DNA from: Adineta vaga
Taxonomy: Eukaryota > Animalia > Rotifera
NCBI GenBank assembly: GCA_021613535.1
Contig: CP075492.1
Coordinates: 4,402,001 to 4,466,000 of the forward strand
Direction: 5' to 3'
DNA length: 64,000 bases
Every line of letters starts with the position of its first letter. Position 1 is the first letter of the stretch. The notes below the pieces were generated by a model. The model was not told the DNA's origin, did not search any database, and saw nothing but the letters and a program-made list of their open reading frames with translations. Positions 45,641 through 59,793 of this stretch are shown one piece after another. The position numbers were made by a program, and so were the translations under genes.

Positions 45641-46499
45641 CTTTCATGCGAAAGAAGACGAAGAACAAGAAGCGAGAGTAGTTTCAACCTCTTCTGCCTG
45701 TGTGTCACAATCAGTTGGCGCCCAAGAAATCGCTTTGACACACGCGAACACGCAAAGCTTTGCTTGTCATACAAAAAAAAAGAAAGAAAACTGAGAGAGA
45801 AGAAAAACCTGAGAATATATTTTTGTTCTATCTATTGGTTTAATGATTAAAATAACGATAAATACCATTACAATTTTCTCTAACATGAAAACGATCCTCA
45901 TGTTTTTCTCTCGTTCTTATTCGACACAAATATTCTTAACAGAATTCTTTAACATTTTTTACTTCAACAAGGAATTGTTAATGATAATATCCATAAAAAA
46001 CAACCTATTCACCAGTCAGACAGATTAGGTCATTGTCAATGCTGAATAATTGTTTGTATCATACAACGAAAGTATCAAATATCGTTGTATAGAATAGAAT
46101 AATGCTATTTTCCTTCTTTTTTTGACAGGTAAATAAATAGAGATGTTTTCTACAGAAAATATCAATTTGATTGACTGTAACGTTGTTTTTTTCGGCATCA
46201 ATATTTTCTCATATGGATTCAAAGTTGTCATGTAATTTATCGTTTAAAGTTGACTTTTGTTTGCCAGTTATTTTTTCAGATTAAAAGAGCAATGTAAATG
46301 ACTTATTATACTCTTTTATTTTCGAAAAAGAACTATTTCCGTATTTCTTTTTTTGTCTCCCAATCTACTCACCATTGTATTGAAAATGGAATTAAATTTG
46401 TCCTAGATTTCCACTCGTATGAATTTATTCTTGTCGACCTGTATACCAGGTTCGAAAATGATGATTATTCGTCGTTCTTGTCGCTTCTTGTCAACACCG

Positions 46500-46670
46500 G
46501 GGTTCGTGAGTGCGTATGTGTGTGCGTGTATGTGTATGTATGTATTTGTTTGAGTGCCTGTGTGCGCGCGATGCCGTTCAGTTGTAGATAGAGCAAGAGA
46601 GAGAGAGAGAGAGAGAGAGCCAGAGAGAAGGAGAGAGAAAGTATGCGAACGAGAGAAAGAGAGAAGAATA
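46500..46670. repeat. (TG)n / (AG)n simple-repeat cluster upstream of calmodulin
   Basis: Imperfect TG tract followed by AG runs at ~46596-46618 and GA-rich sequence. Confidence 0.8.
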
Positions 46671-49600
46671 GACACGAACGTAATACACGGCAACACAAAG
46701 CAATAGTAGAGCAACAACTTATCTTTCTTGTTGGTTCGAGACGGCAACAAGAGTATTTTCTTTGATGATGACAACGACAATGACGATTCTTGTTTCTTAT
46801 AATATAGAACAGAAAAAGAAAAAAAAACGAGTAGGAAAAAGAAAAACCCAGAGCACGTTGTTAGATCCATAGTAGAGGAAAATGAAAACTGATTTTCCTT
46901 CTCTTTCTCTTGGCTTACAAAAGCAGAAGAAGAAGGAGAAAACGAGGAGGTATGTTCATTATTCTCCTCTTTCTTGCATTCTTCTTCCGGCATCGAGCGA
47001 TACTGCAACAACTGAAAGAATATAATGTCGTTTTCGGACGACGAATAGCGATGATGCGATGTAACGTTGATTTGTCGTCTCATAGAGTGGTAGTCAAAAA
47101 GAAGCAAAAGAAGACTGTTGAGATGCAAGAGGAATACCACTCTTTGCACAATAATACACAGAATTGTATGAATTGTCTTTCGTTCTTCCCATTTTTCCTT
47201 CTGTTTGACAACGCGTCGTTCTTTATTTTTAGCGTTTTTTCTCTCTCTTTCTTTTTCTGTTTGTTCCATTTTTTTGTCGTCGAAACCGATAGAGTGAGAG
47301 AGAGAGAGAAGAAGAAGAAGAGAAAAGAACCTTGCTAGAGCATGCGATGCCTTGACAACAACTAGATGTATACAGATGTATATTCCGTTTTCTCAAGTAT
47401 GTCAAGATATTGAAGCTTTTATTGATCTATATATTGTCCATTTAATATTTTACCATTCTCGTACTAGCTAACTAATCAACCGACATGTTCAAATTCAATT
47501 GTGTCATGTTTTAGGACGATAGAGTAGGAACAAGAAGATGTTAATTCATTCTTGACTCAAGAGACTCACTTATTAAAGTAGATGAACGACAAAATAATCT
47601 TAGCAAAAAAAGACAAAATTCAACTAGAAGAATAACGAAGTTAAATGTACGTTTACGTAGAAAAACAAGAGAATACTTGATTAAATGACAACGATACGAC
47701 TGTTAACAATAGAATGAAGAAACAAAATGTCTTCGGATTCGTCTGACTAAAAATGAAGAACCAATGCTTGCTGACATAGATCAAAATGATCGACGCAGTT
47801 TTCCTTTCTTATTGATTAACTAGGAAATACGAAGTATCATGATAAAAAGAAAGAACTCTTCACTTGACATAACAGAAAAATTGCATATCATTGCCTTTAT
47901 TTTCACGATCAATTTATGTATATGAAATCATTTGGATCGAATTATAATTGCGTATTTGAATGTGAATTATTCTTGGATTTTTGATAAGAAAAAAAAACAT
48001 TTTCAAAAATCTACGTTGTTTTTCATATCTGATTATTTCAAGAAAAGTTATATTTAATGACTATCTTCCAAACTCAACTTGTCAGCTTCTTTTATTTATT
48101 GACGTTTCTAAATTAATCATCGATCAAACGTGGATTTTACTAGCTTGTTTCTAGTGTTCCTGTCTTTATTGTCGTTATAGGATAAAACATTCATATTGTA
48201 ATGCATTTTTATTTTCGGTCAATCTCAAGGGTAATAAGACATCGTTGTTGTTGTTGTTGTTCAAGAAATATTGTCGTACGAGAACTTTTTGACATTTATT
48301 TTGTATGTTTTCTCGTTGTCAAGACAAATACATTGGTATTTTGTTCTTAGTTGTGAAAAGTATAGAAAAAATAAAGGAAGTATATTTATAATCACCATGA
48401 TTAATCATAATCATTTCAAAACTAGATGTACCCGAAAAATATGATCGAGAAACAAAAGAATATCATATTTTGAGAACATTTGAATCTCACAATTGGTTAG
48501 TACAAAAGAACTGTCGGAAACTATGTTGATCAAGATATTCGTTGGGAAAATATTCTGGTAACGTAATCATCTTCAGATTAGTAAGATTAAATATATAGTT
48601 TCAGAAAAGATAAAACAATTATATTCTATAAGTATGCATGTCAATTTCCTTTCTTCAATCGAACAACTCAATCTTTTGACGTCTTAAATATGCTCGCATA
48701 CGGAATAATATAATATGTCAATTGTTGAAAGAAAAGCGAATCAGATTTTATGACTGATCGTACGATATTTTTATTTTTTTTATAAGTTAGTAAATACGAA
48801 AGATAAAATAGCAAAATTTAATACTCATAGTACATTGGCTAATATTGAATCGAGAAAAAACAAAATTTCATTCCGAATAGTTACGACATTCTCTCTTTTT
48901 GATGGAATTCGAAACAAGTGAAAAATTAATATTACCGGTTATTCAGTTCGTAGTGACGTATCTCGTTTTGTTCATCAACTAATTACTTTTTTTTCAAATA
49001 ACTATGATCTGTTATCTACAAAGATAACTTGTTCTTTCATTTTATATGCATCATATCACTCTATTAAACATTTTCATTGTAGTTGTCTTTTTATATTAAA
49101 TTTTTAAAAGGAAACGGTTTCTTCCATTATTTACACAAATATTTTCAGCACGTATAGATAAAATCATCTCATTGAGGTCAAGTTATTAATAAATTAAGAT
49201 AGTGAAAAGTACAAGATGTTTCTATTGAAGACTTGTGTTTCATGAGGCTATATATAGAACATTTAGCTAGTGGAAATTTCAGATTATTCTACTTTTATAC
49301 GGATTATCTCAGCTTTACAAGCAAAACTATCACATAGTACGATGAAGTGAGATTAAAAAAACATTCATATTCTGCACTTAAATTGACTTAACCAAATATC
49401 AAAACGTTTTCATCTATAAATTGCTGTGTAAACTGCACGAATTTTACATGAATATGTGCACAAAGTGACTGAAAAATCCTCCATTACTTATAAAGCAAAT
49501 AATTCTTACAATGAACAAATATAATGTGCAGTTCTTTTTTCCTTGAACTACATCCTTTCAACATACTTATAAAATAAGATTCCATTTTCAAAAGTGACAG

Positions 49601-49832
49601 TCAATGTGTCATTCTTCCGTTCTGTTAATGATTAAAACGTGCTTCCCATACTTTTGATGAAATTATGTCTAGAATGCATTCGAATATCTGCACATCGTAT
49701 TATTCTAATCATTAAAAAATGACATATCATCATACCAAAATATTCTTTTTATAAATAATTTTTGAAATATTTTTCGTTTTTTTTCTTCTCATACAAAAAG
49801 AAACGAATAATTTCATTTTATACGAACGAACA

Positions 49833-51526
49833 ATGATTACACCAACGATTATTGTTGCATACTATGCTGCATGGTCAATTTATTCTCGAGCATACTTTAT
49901 TAATGATATTGCCGGTGATAAAATCACTCATATTAATTATGCATTTGCAAACATTGGTTCTGATGGACGAATTGCATTAGGTGATCCATGGGCAGATGTT
50001 GAAAAAGCTTTTCCTGGTGATACATGGGATCAACCATTGCGGGGAAATTTTAATCAATTGATTAAATTAAAAGAGAAATATACGCATCTTCGAACATTAA
50101 TTTCAATTGGTGGATGGGTAAAGAAATGATACTCATCTATTCATTTTCATAAATCAATATTATTTTTAGACATGGTCTGGAAAATTTTCTGATATTGCTC
50201 TTACGAATGCAAGTCGTCATAAATTTGCTCAATCTTGTGTTGAATTTATTCAAAAATATAGTTTCGATGGTGTAGATATTGATTGGTAGAATCTTTGTTT
50301 ATTTGTGCGAGAAAAATTGAACTTCTTTTGTAGGGAATATCCTGTATCGGGTGGTCTTCCAGGAAATACTCGTCGATCAGAAGATAAAAGAAACTATGTT
50401 CTTCTACTTAAAGAACTTCGAGAACAATTAGAAATAGCTAGTGCTGATAAAGATAGAACTTACCTTTTAACTGTTGCGTAAGATAGATTCTTTCTCAGAA
50501 AACGATTTTCTTTATTGTTGTTTATTGATTTGCAGGACAGGAGCAGGTACTGAACGTATTGCAGATATGGATTTACCTGGAATGTGTGCAAGTCTTGATT
50601 GGATTAATGTTATGACATATGATTTTCATGGTGCGATTCATTTTGTGAAAATATTCTTTGTATAATTATTTATTTAAGCTGCAGGTGGTTGGGAATCAAA
50701 GACTGGTCATAACGCTCCATTATTCCGAAATGATGCTGAAACAACAACCGATGTTTCTCCATCATTTATTAAATCAAAATATAATTGTCATGGAGCAATT
50801 CAAGGTTATATTGCCGCAGGAACACCACGTTCAAAACTAGTGATGGGTTTAGGATTGTATGGACGTGGTTGGCAAGGTAATTTCAATCTAATATATTTAA
50901 TTACATGTAAATAGATTTGTTTTGTATATGTAGGAGTAACTAGTACAGATTTAAATGGATTTTCGCAACCAGCTTCTCCCAATTGTCCAACTGGTACATG
51001 GGAAAATGGTGTTTTTGATTATGATCATTTAAAAAGAAGTTATATTCCAACATATAAACGTTATTGGGATAATCAATCAAAAGTACCTTTTCTATATAAT
51101 TCAACAACAGGTATATGGATTAGTTATGATGATTCTCAATCAATTCGTATTAAAACTGATTATATTAAACGAGAAAAACTCGCTGGTGCCATGTTTTGGG
51201 AATTGAGTAGTGATCGTCATTATGATTTAGTTGATGCTGCATTTGAAGTTTTACACAATGGCAAAGCACCATCATCCGATTGTACTCCACCAATTGAATT
51301 AAAATATCCATCTGTACAGCCACCGACAATCTATCGTAAACCTACTGGTGAAATATCTAACGTGAAAAAAATCAGTAGTAATGCACCTCTTTGGGAAATA
51401 AAAAAAGACTATAAAGTCGGTGATCAAGTGATCTATGAAAATAAACTTTATCGATGTATACAGGAACATTTATCATTACCAGGTTGGACGCCACTTATTA
51501 TTGGTGCGCTGTGGCGACCGGTTTAG
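49833..51526 (+). CDS. GH18 chitinase with C-terminal CBM12/ChtBD (Bacillus ChiA1-like); 6 exons
   Basis: [19 protein letters not shown]...[29 protein letters not shown], catalytic [33 protein letters not shown]; [37 protein letters not shown]...ALW. Introns 50118-50169, 50286-50333, 50478-50535, 50631-50684, 50877-50933. Confidence 0.95.
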
Positions 51527-52828
51527 ACTGTGCTTTCGTTCTCATATTAATCTAATTCGATTCTTTTTGTTTTTTATTCATCAAAATATGCAATAAATTA
51601 TACTTTTCATTCTACTAGATAAATTACACAATCATAATTAGCGTAGATCAGTTATCGAAGGATGTGCATGTATGCACAAATCGTTATAGCATTGCATCTT
51701 CATTTAGGACGTGCTGAACACACAGAGAATAATTCATAGACATGTTAATTTCAATGGTTGATTATGAAACACATCGATATTCTCACAATCGCTGAGATAG
51801 ATTATTTGTCTTTATTCTTAACCATATAGTTAGACTGATTCAAATTTTCACTTGAATATATTGATAATGTGTATTCGAAAACATAACGTAAGTATGGTAG
51901 ATTTAATTTTGATCTCTCTTTATAGCTATTCAGTGAATATTTACCATGCCATAAGATAAATTCAGATATTATGCACAGATGAATCAACAAATTTCCTTTT
52001 TGATATATGATTTTGAGAATGATAATAGAACTGTTCTATGTTCCCACAATATACTCTATGAATTATATAATCAGAAATATTGTCTACCAACGTAGTATAT
52101 TATTCTACTACATATAGTATCGATAAAACCATAGCCAAAGTTCACAGTCAATTGATAGTCAGAAGATGTAATAGAATAAAATTCAGGTTATGTCTCCGAT
52201 GACTTTCTACAAAATAGTTTTCATACGAATGACATGAGGGATAATTCTAATGCTACATGCTAGTTTCGAGAATGTGTGAACGACCTTATTCTGGAGAAAG
52301 CCTCTGAAGAATCTTGATTAGTTTGTTCAGATTGTTTCAAGTGGAAGATTATATTGACTATTTTAGTTGTTATGGTTGGATATTGAGTTTTCATAAGAAT
52401 CAAGTAAAACTGCTCATACTCGTTTTCATTCTCATGTCTGAATAAAAATATGATATAGAAATAATTCTTGTCTATTACATATGAACCAGAGAAATGTGAT
52501 ATGTCGTAAATCAGATCTTAAATATTAACAAAGCATCATTATCATCATAACGCGATTCATTAATTGAATCAAGCTTCTCGTTAGTCTAAACATCGACGTT
52601 AAATCATAAGCCTATCGCAGAATTTTTGAGAAATTTGCCATAAAATGTTGTTGCTCTTTCCTTGTCTAGAGATTTTTCATATGTAGTGGTTCGTAACTGA
52701 GAATAGATTTATTTAATTATTATCTTTTTTTTTCTACAATAGATATATATATATGTGTGTGTGTACGATTAAACTAGAGAAAATATACAGAAACAAAAAC
52801 AAGCCAAATAAATCGATGAAGAATTGTT

Positions 52829-55800
52829 TTACATGCGAAATCGTCTAGAAAAGAATTATTTTAATGAAAGTTTAAAAAAGATGAAGTTTATTGAACTTAC
52901 TTGGGTGGCACAGCTGGACCCTGGCGAGACGAGGGTGACTGAATCGGTATCTAGAAGAGAAAAAAGAACGAAATGATTTTTTTCATACGAATTTATGAAA
53001 TAATCATCGAAATTACTTCTTGAAGAAGACGATCTTCACTTGAACTTCGTTTACGTGATGATAATGGATTAGGATAACCATTTCTATCGAGATTAGAAAG
53101 AAAATTACTTTAAAAAAAAAGAGAATTTATTAAAGAAAAAATAAATTTACTCGTTCATTGGAGTATTGGTATTACTTGCCGCCATTGATCGTATGATATT
53201 TAATTTATCATCATATTGTCTTTCGATTTCACGCATTTGTCCTTCTTTATTTTTCAATTCATTCGTCTGAAGACAAAAGAATTGATTTGAATGTATTTTT
53301 CGAATTAGAATACAAAAATAACTTACATATTGTTGTTCGACTTCATTAATTTTGACTTTTAATTTATTTTCAAAATCAATTTTATCTTTACGTCGCTCTG
53401 CTTTTAAAGTTTTAATATCATTATTTTTATCTTCGATTTGAGATTTTAACGTTTTATTTTCACGTTCAATTTGATTTGTCGTTTTATAGAAGTCATTTTG
53501 AGATTTTTCTAACAGTTTTATACGAGTTTGTAAATGACGAATTGTTTTACTTTGTTGTTCATTTTCTTTAGTTAAATCATCATGATCAGATATAGTTGAA
53601 TCATAATCTGTTGCTAATTCAAATGTAAATTTACGTAAATAATCTTGTTGTTCATAAATTAACTATTGAGAAGAAGAAAAGATTGAAGTGAAGAGGAAAA
53701 AAATGATATCGAAGATAGATATTTACCATATTTAATCGATGACGTTCATCAATACGACGTCGAAGATGTTCTTCAAGTGTTAGAATAGCTTGATCATCAC
53801 CATCCAAAAGTGAATATTCAAGTGATGGAAATGGAGCAATTAAAGCTTGAGCACTAAAGAAAATTATAGATTTGTATTCCTCTTTCTTGCTAGTTAATGT
53901 AAACTTACTTGAATTCAGCAAAGAGAACTGGTGCAGATTGCTGTGGTTGATTTTCAATGTCACGTAAAGCAGCATGTGTACGAACTGCTTTTGGTGGCAC
54001 TGGTGGTGGTGGAAGAGGTAAAGCACGTGGTACCAAAACGTCTTTAGTTAATTCACCAAATTTCAATGCATGCTATAGAAATTAAAAAAATGTGCATAAA
54101 AACAGCATAAGATTGAAAACACATTTACTTGAATTTCTTCGTAACCATCGGCAGCTGGATTAACACAAAGAATCATTCTAATACGACCTTCACCATCAAA
54201 ATAACTTTTGAAAAATGATGTTAATTTAGATTCACGATATGGTACCATCTAAATAGTTTCATGATTAATTCGATAAAAGAAAACACTATCTATTACTTTG
54301 CTTGCGCCTTGTGATTGATTTTCTCGTAAAATTTCGAAACATTGTCGAAGAACCATCAAAGATGCATTGATATTACCTAAAAACAGAATCAATCTCTTCA
54401 TTTTATCGAACAATCAACGCGCCACTTACTCGCTTCTTTTACTCGTTCGCCAACAGTTTTTGCTCGATTAACACGTTCACTTCCAGCTAAATCAACTAAA
54501 TGAATCGTGCTTACCATCAGATCATCTTTTGTCTATAGCGAAACATAAGAATCAATCAAAATAGAAAGAAAATTGATAAAAACTTACAAGTGATGTATCT
54601 GGAATATCATTATGATATTGAACTAAACGCATAGAAAGTACACTATGAGATCGACTTGATTCAGTATTTAACTGTGTATGAGCAATTCGACGTCGTTTTA
54701 AACCCATATTTAATAATTCAATAGCTTCATCACTTGATCGTACCAACTTCTTTAACATCTCTAATATAAGGTCGACCACGATTATCGTCACGTAATTGTT
54801 TTGATTGTGGTGCTCTGAAAAGAATATGATAAACTGTTATGTATATACTCTCTTCGACAAAAGGCTAATTTTACTTATTAAGAATATCATCATCGAATAA
54901 ATCATAAATATAATTATTATAGATCTCTACGAATGAGACAAAAACGAAATATGAACAATTTTCATTCAATTGTGGATTCCACAATGACGTCATATCTAAT
55001 GTACGTGTTGTCGTTGCTGCATCAGGCATTCTACAAAGATCAAATTGATTTTGTATATTAAATGAAATAAAATCTTTCTACAAACTTAGCACGTTGATTA
55101 TTTTTTCCCATTTGAATTTCTTTTCGTTGACGTTCAATTAAAATATCTGCTTCACTTTGAATTTCATAACTATTCTGACGATCAGAACGAAGTAACTATA
55201 AAACAAGCAGTTTAATATAGAAGTAAAATGTAACTAGACTACGAACATATTTCTTTCCAAGATATGGACCAACTGAATTAAAAAGCACATCAAATGAACG
55301 TGGAATTAAACCTGGATTATTCGGTGGTCCCATCATTGTATACGTCTTTCCAGAACCCGTAATACCATATGTAAATAGGACACCTACATTTATTCAATAA
55401 TAGAATTCATATCGAAGAAAACAAACAAATCACATACTATTTTTGCCTTGAATAAGATCATCAAGAAGAGGTATGGCTAATTCTTTAAAAGCAGCTGATT
55501 GTGTCACATCATCAGTAAGAATATGAGAAAATTCATAATGAGACTAAATCATTATAAGATTAAAATTCACGAAAACAAAGTTTTAGCTAACTTACTTCTC
55601 GAATTTGACCGTTTTTCGCGTTCTAAACTAAAGAAGTTAAACAGAGAAGAATTTGTATTGAACAATGCTTACTTCAGATGAGAAAAGAGTAAGTTCTGTT
55701 GAACTTGAAACTTTAACAGATGATGTAGCATTATCTGTTTCTTGATCATTCGTATTTTCTTTAGGTGGTCGTAAACGACAGAAGACCTTTATAAAAATTA

Positions 55801-55925
55801 AAAAAACGCAAAATAATGCAATTCAGAAAATAAGGAAAACACACTTCAACTGGACAACCACCACCATTAGCGAGTAAGTCTCTCGAACCAAGTTGTGTTT
55901 TCTTCATCGGAGTTCGTAAAGCCAT
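52829..55925 (-). CDS. KIF23: Kinesin-6 KIF23/MKLP1/pavarotti; many exons
   Basis: [25 protein letters not shown], loop-6 insert [83 protein letters not shown]; coiled coil; ends PPKRFRM*. Confidence 0.92.
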
Positions 55926-56276
55926 GCTCAAAGGAAAACACAATCCGTAGACAAAAACAAAGTATGAAACACTGAATTGTTTTCTTCTGACAATTGAACA
56001 CAGAGGAACATAGCCATTGGTCAATTCATACAAAGACCAAAAGCCATTTCTTTATCATCTTTGCACTCTATTATGAAACGATGAAAGTAAGTTATTAACG
56101 ATGAAAAAATACTTCAAAACTATTTTATTTTTAAGAAAATCAGTTTATTTTATAACTAAATGACGTAATTTATATATATATATACATATTGTAGATGTCG
56201 CATAGCGAAAAACGATACACGTCTATGTCCATTTCGATATACTGTACAAAAAGAAAGAATTGAATATTTTCATCGA

Positions 56277-57522
56277 TTATAATCCATGTTTAGAATAGAA
56301 GAATGTAATTTTTCGTAACACAGATGAGATATTTGATGCTTGTTCAAACATTTCATCTAATACCTTAAAAACAGTAGGAAAAAAGTGACAGTTTAAATAC
56401 GAACGAAAATGTAAAGAATCGTATTACTTGTTGTTCAAAAAGTGGTTCTGAAGCGTCTGTTGGATTGATAGCTAATGAACGAATAAATTCTTCATTATTT
56501 GGTACAGCACGAAGAGCAATCTAAAAGTCGATTCAATTATAGATGTAATAATCAAACTATATTCTATTTACAGAAAAAACACTTCTTGCCAATAGTCCAT
56601 GATGCTGTTTTAATGATAATTCATACGCTTTATTTACAGCATCCACTAGAGTCTTATCACCTTGACTAAATTGATGTAAAAATTCTGAGAGAAATTCGAA
56701 CGCTCTAAGAATACAAAAGAGCTGTTTGTCTTATCAACGAAAGAAAAGATTATACCGTTCTAACCAAAGTAAAGCATCTGTTGCAGAATTTCGTATTCGT
56801 GTTGTTTGAGATTCGATTTCATCATTAACAATAGCGAATAATGTTTGAAATTTCGATACGTTTTGATTTCGTTTTCGTCGTAATTTCTACAGAGAAAGAA
56901 TGAAAAAATCTATCGAACTACTTCAAATAAACTCACAGTAATATTTCCATTGACATCAGCCTTGACCGGAGTGAATATTGGACTATTAAATTTATCTACA
57001 AGATAACGAAAAACCTTGATATAAAGAAACGAGAACAAACATACCGACAAGAGAAAAATATTCTTCACAGGTGTCAAGAAAAAGTTCGGATTGAAGTTCT
57101 TCAAAAGATAAATCATTGAATACTGAAAATCTACAAAAGATAAATGATAAACTTATAGAATTACATTATTATTAATTTAGTATTACTTATGTGAAAGTTG
57201 TGAAAAAAATGTTCCATAAACAACTCTATTTGAGTTAGTATCATCACTAAATGAACATAATTTTCAGATGAATTCCTTCGAAATAAATTGTAACTTACGT
57301 GTCAGATGACATTTGTTTATCTAAATTCGATTCTTTTTCGAATTCTAATGTAGATATTAACATATCATGAGTATCATCATCTGTTATTGGTATTATTGAA
57401 TTAGGTAAATTAAAATACGGAAGAAATGTGCTGCCAATATTATTTCCGAATTCGATGTAATCATCAAATTTCGAAGGAAATAAATCATAATCAGTTTTCA
57501 GTAGTAATCGTGTGATATTCAT
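56277..57522 (-). CDS. Glycolipid transfer protein (GLTP) domain protein, FAPP2/PLEKHA8-like; 5' end uncertain
   Basis: Spliced YGTFFSQLSHKF...FLDTCEEYFSLVDKFNSPIFTPVKADVNGNITKL...SATDALLWLERAFEFL...AYELSLKQHHGLLARSVFSIALRAVP. The exon in ORF 57295-57522 splices in frame onto the TFFS exon. Confidence 0.87.
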
Positions 57523-58885
57523 GATGAGATTAGTTTTGCAAATCTAAAATGAAATAGAATCGATCGAATGACGAAGCTAAATATATCTTGGATCATGTGA
57601 GTTCACATTCTGAGAAGAAAAAAAATAATAACAGTGAAGGCAGGTCGAGAAAAAGAACGAATTCAAAATCAATATTTGTCTGGATCGTTCGATCGATATT
57701 TACTTTCCCTGGATTGTTTGATTATAATATGTATAAATAATAAATGAAAGATATTTAGTGAAACACTTTTACTTTCATTCATATACGGATTACATAAACA
57801 ATCGTCATACGATGAAAAATCGACATCGAAATAGTTCCAATATTTTGAATGTATCGAAGTGGTGTGATCGTATGAAATATAAACTTCTTTCTTTCCTCTG
57901 CCTTCTTGTTTTTGTAATATGAAGGTTCTCAACCTCGTTTTATATAGAGAACGAAAAGAGAAAAAAAAGAAGAGGAAAGAATATATAATGTCCAAAATCA
58001 AAAGTGCAAAGGTGAAAACAAAACAAACCTTGCCTTTTCGTCGTTCATTACTCGATTCATTTTACTGTTATGATCGGTCATGTTGTTATCACAACACTGA
58101 ATTACTTTCAATATACATATGAATAATATCCTCAAGGTATATTTATACCATACAGATGTCTCATTTATGTGTCAATATTTCTACATTGTACAAAATACCA
58201 TCTCATAATTAATATTTTTATGTTTGACTCAAACGATCAAAACAATGATAGTATCTATAGTGAATAGCGACGTAACTAGATATTCAAGGATGGTCAAACT
58301 CAGTCCGCTCCCTTAGACTGTCTTTGTTTCTTAAAACAGCTGAATCATAATCGATATAGTATCGATCAATCAGGTATTCAAGTTCACAATATCTAATCAC
58401 TTAATTGATACATAAATGACACTCTACTACTTGCAGAAGCTTTTGAACATGTATTAATAAGTTAAAAACTCGGAAATAGCATAATATTATATTGAGAGAT
58501 TGACCAAAACATATGTGTCATAAGTCTCCGTTGTCTTGAGACGTATGTCTTATCTAACAAGAACTACTGATATGATAAAACAGTTCTTCCGAGGGCAAAA
58601 TCGAGAACATTGTATGGTTACTCATAGATAATATAAAATGACAAAAAACGAACATAGTAAATAATATCATCTCGTATACTGACTGTTTACTTCGTTGTAA
58701 CAGATATGACTGACATCATCAATTATTTTCATCTTATTGGTCGTAGTTACACTCACCAATAAAAAAAGGATGAAAATTTAGTAGTTTGTATATATTTCGG
58801 ATTCGGTTTTAGAAAGTGAAACTTTCAAGTCTATTTTCAATTTAGGTTTTAAATAAATGTATAATAATGTTTTCGTTTCTTCCAG

Positions 58886-59647
58886 ATGGAAGATTTATCT
58901 AAACAATCGTATTGGGATGAACGTTTTATAACTGAAGATTCTTTTGAATGGTTTGGTGATTGTTCACGTCTCTATCCTGTCTTAGATCTTTATTTCAAAT
59001 CATCACCTTCTTCTACATTACTCCATCTCGGATGTGGTTCATCATCATTAGCAGAAGAAATGTGTAATCGACATTATTGTCATTTAGTTTTCAATGTCGA
59101 TTATTCCTTTGGTATTCTTGATAAACGTCGATCAATGAAAACTAACAATTATTTAATTGATTGGATTGCTTTAGATATTCGAGCAATGCCATTATGTTCG
59201 AATTATTTTGATACAATTATTGAAAAAGGAACATTGGATGTATTTTTTGTTGGACATGAACATCATTTATGGAATCCATCTGATGAATTAAAAGAAAAAA
59301 TTGATTTAATTTTAACACAAATCAGTCAATGTTTACAATCAAATCATGGTCGATTTATTTCAATATCATTTCAACAACCTCATTTCCGTCGACCTTTTTT
59401 AGCAAAACAAAAATATCAATGGTCAATTGAAGTTCATTCTGTTACTGATGGAAATGAATCAGTTGAATATTTCGTTTATGTAATGACGAAAGGTGAACAG
59501 TTGAATGAAGAAGATCGCCTGTTAGAAGAAGGCAAATCGACAAAATGGTATTGGATTAATAAAATAGAGAGTACTACTTCTATGATGAGTCACTTTATGA
59601 TGGAGAATGATGAACAGTATCTCTCGAATATTGATCTCAATGAATAA
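58886..59647 (+). CDS. EEF1AKMT4: Class I SAM-dependent methyltransferase, EEF1AKMT4/ECE2-like
   Basis: YWDERF...FEWFG, LHLGCGSS, NVDYS, FDTIIEKGTLD, GRFISISFQQPHFRRPFL. The ATG follows a splice acceptor (tccag|ATG), so an upstream exon may exist. Confidence 0.82.
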   Translation: MEDLSKQSYWDERFITEDSFEWFGDCSRLYPVLDLYFKSSPSSTLLHLGCGSSSLAEEMCNRHYCHLVFNVDYSFGILDKRRSMKTNNYLIDWIALDIRAMPLCSNYFDTIIEKGTLDVFFVGHEHHLWNPSDELKEKIDLILTQISQCLQSNHGRFISISFQQPHFRRPFLAKQKYQWSIEVHSVTDGNESVEYFVYVMTKGEQLNEEDRLLEEGKSTKWYWINKIESTTSMMSHFMMENDEQYLSNIDLNE

Positions 59648-59793
59648 TGTTTAGAAATCATTTCTAATGATTTTGTTAATTGTTACTTGTTTGTTTTTTC
59701 ATTTCAGATAATTATTCAGTTAATTGAATCATATCACAAAACTTCATTTATAAAAAAACTTTCGTTTATTTAAACTAAAAAACATGAAGTATA

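Noticed and set aside
46403-47338. 288-aa and 142-aa ORFs on opposite strands
   Set aside because: Products are translated simple repeats (LSLSL, HTHT, poly-K/F) with no domain.
52200-52440. Exon-like minus-strand segment downstream of KIF23
   Set aside because: Short, ends in stops, and shows no similarity to the MKLP1 tail that I could recognise.
57185-57217. ATG 57217 as GLTP start with an apparent frameshift
   Set aside because: Splicing from the upstream exon gives an in-frame YGTFFSQLSHK, so no lesion is needed.
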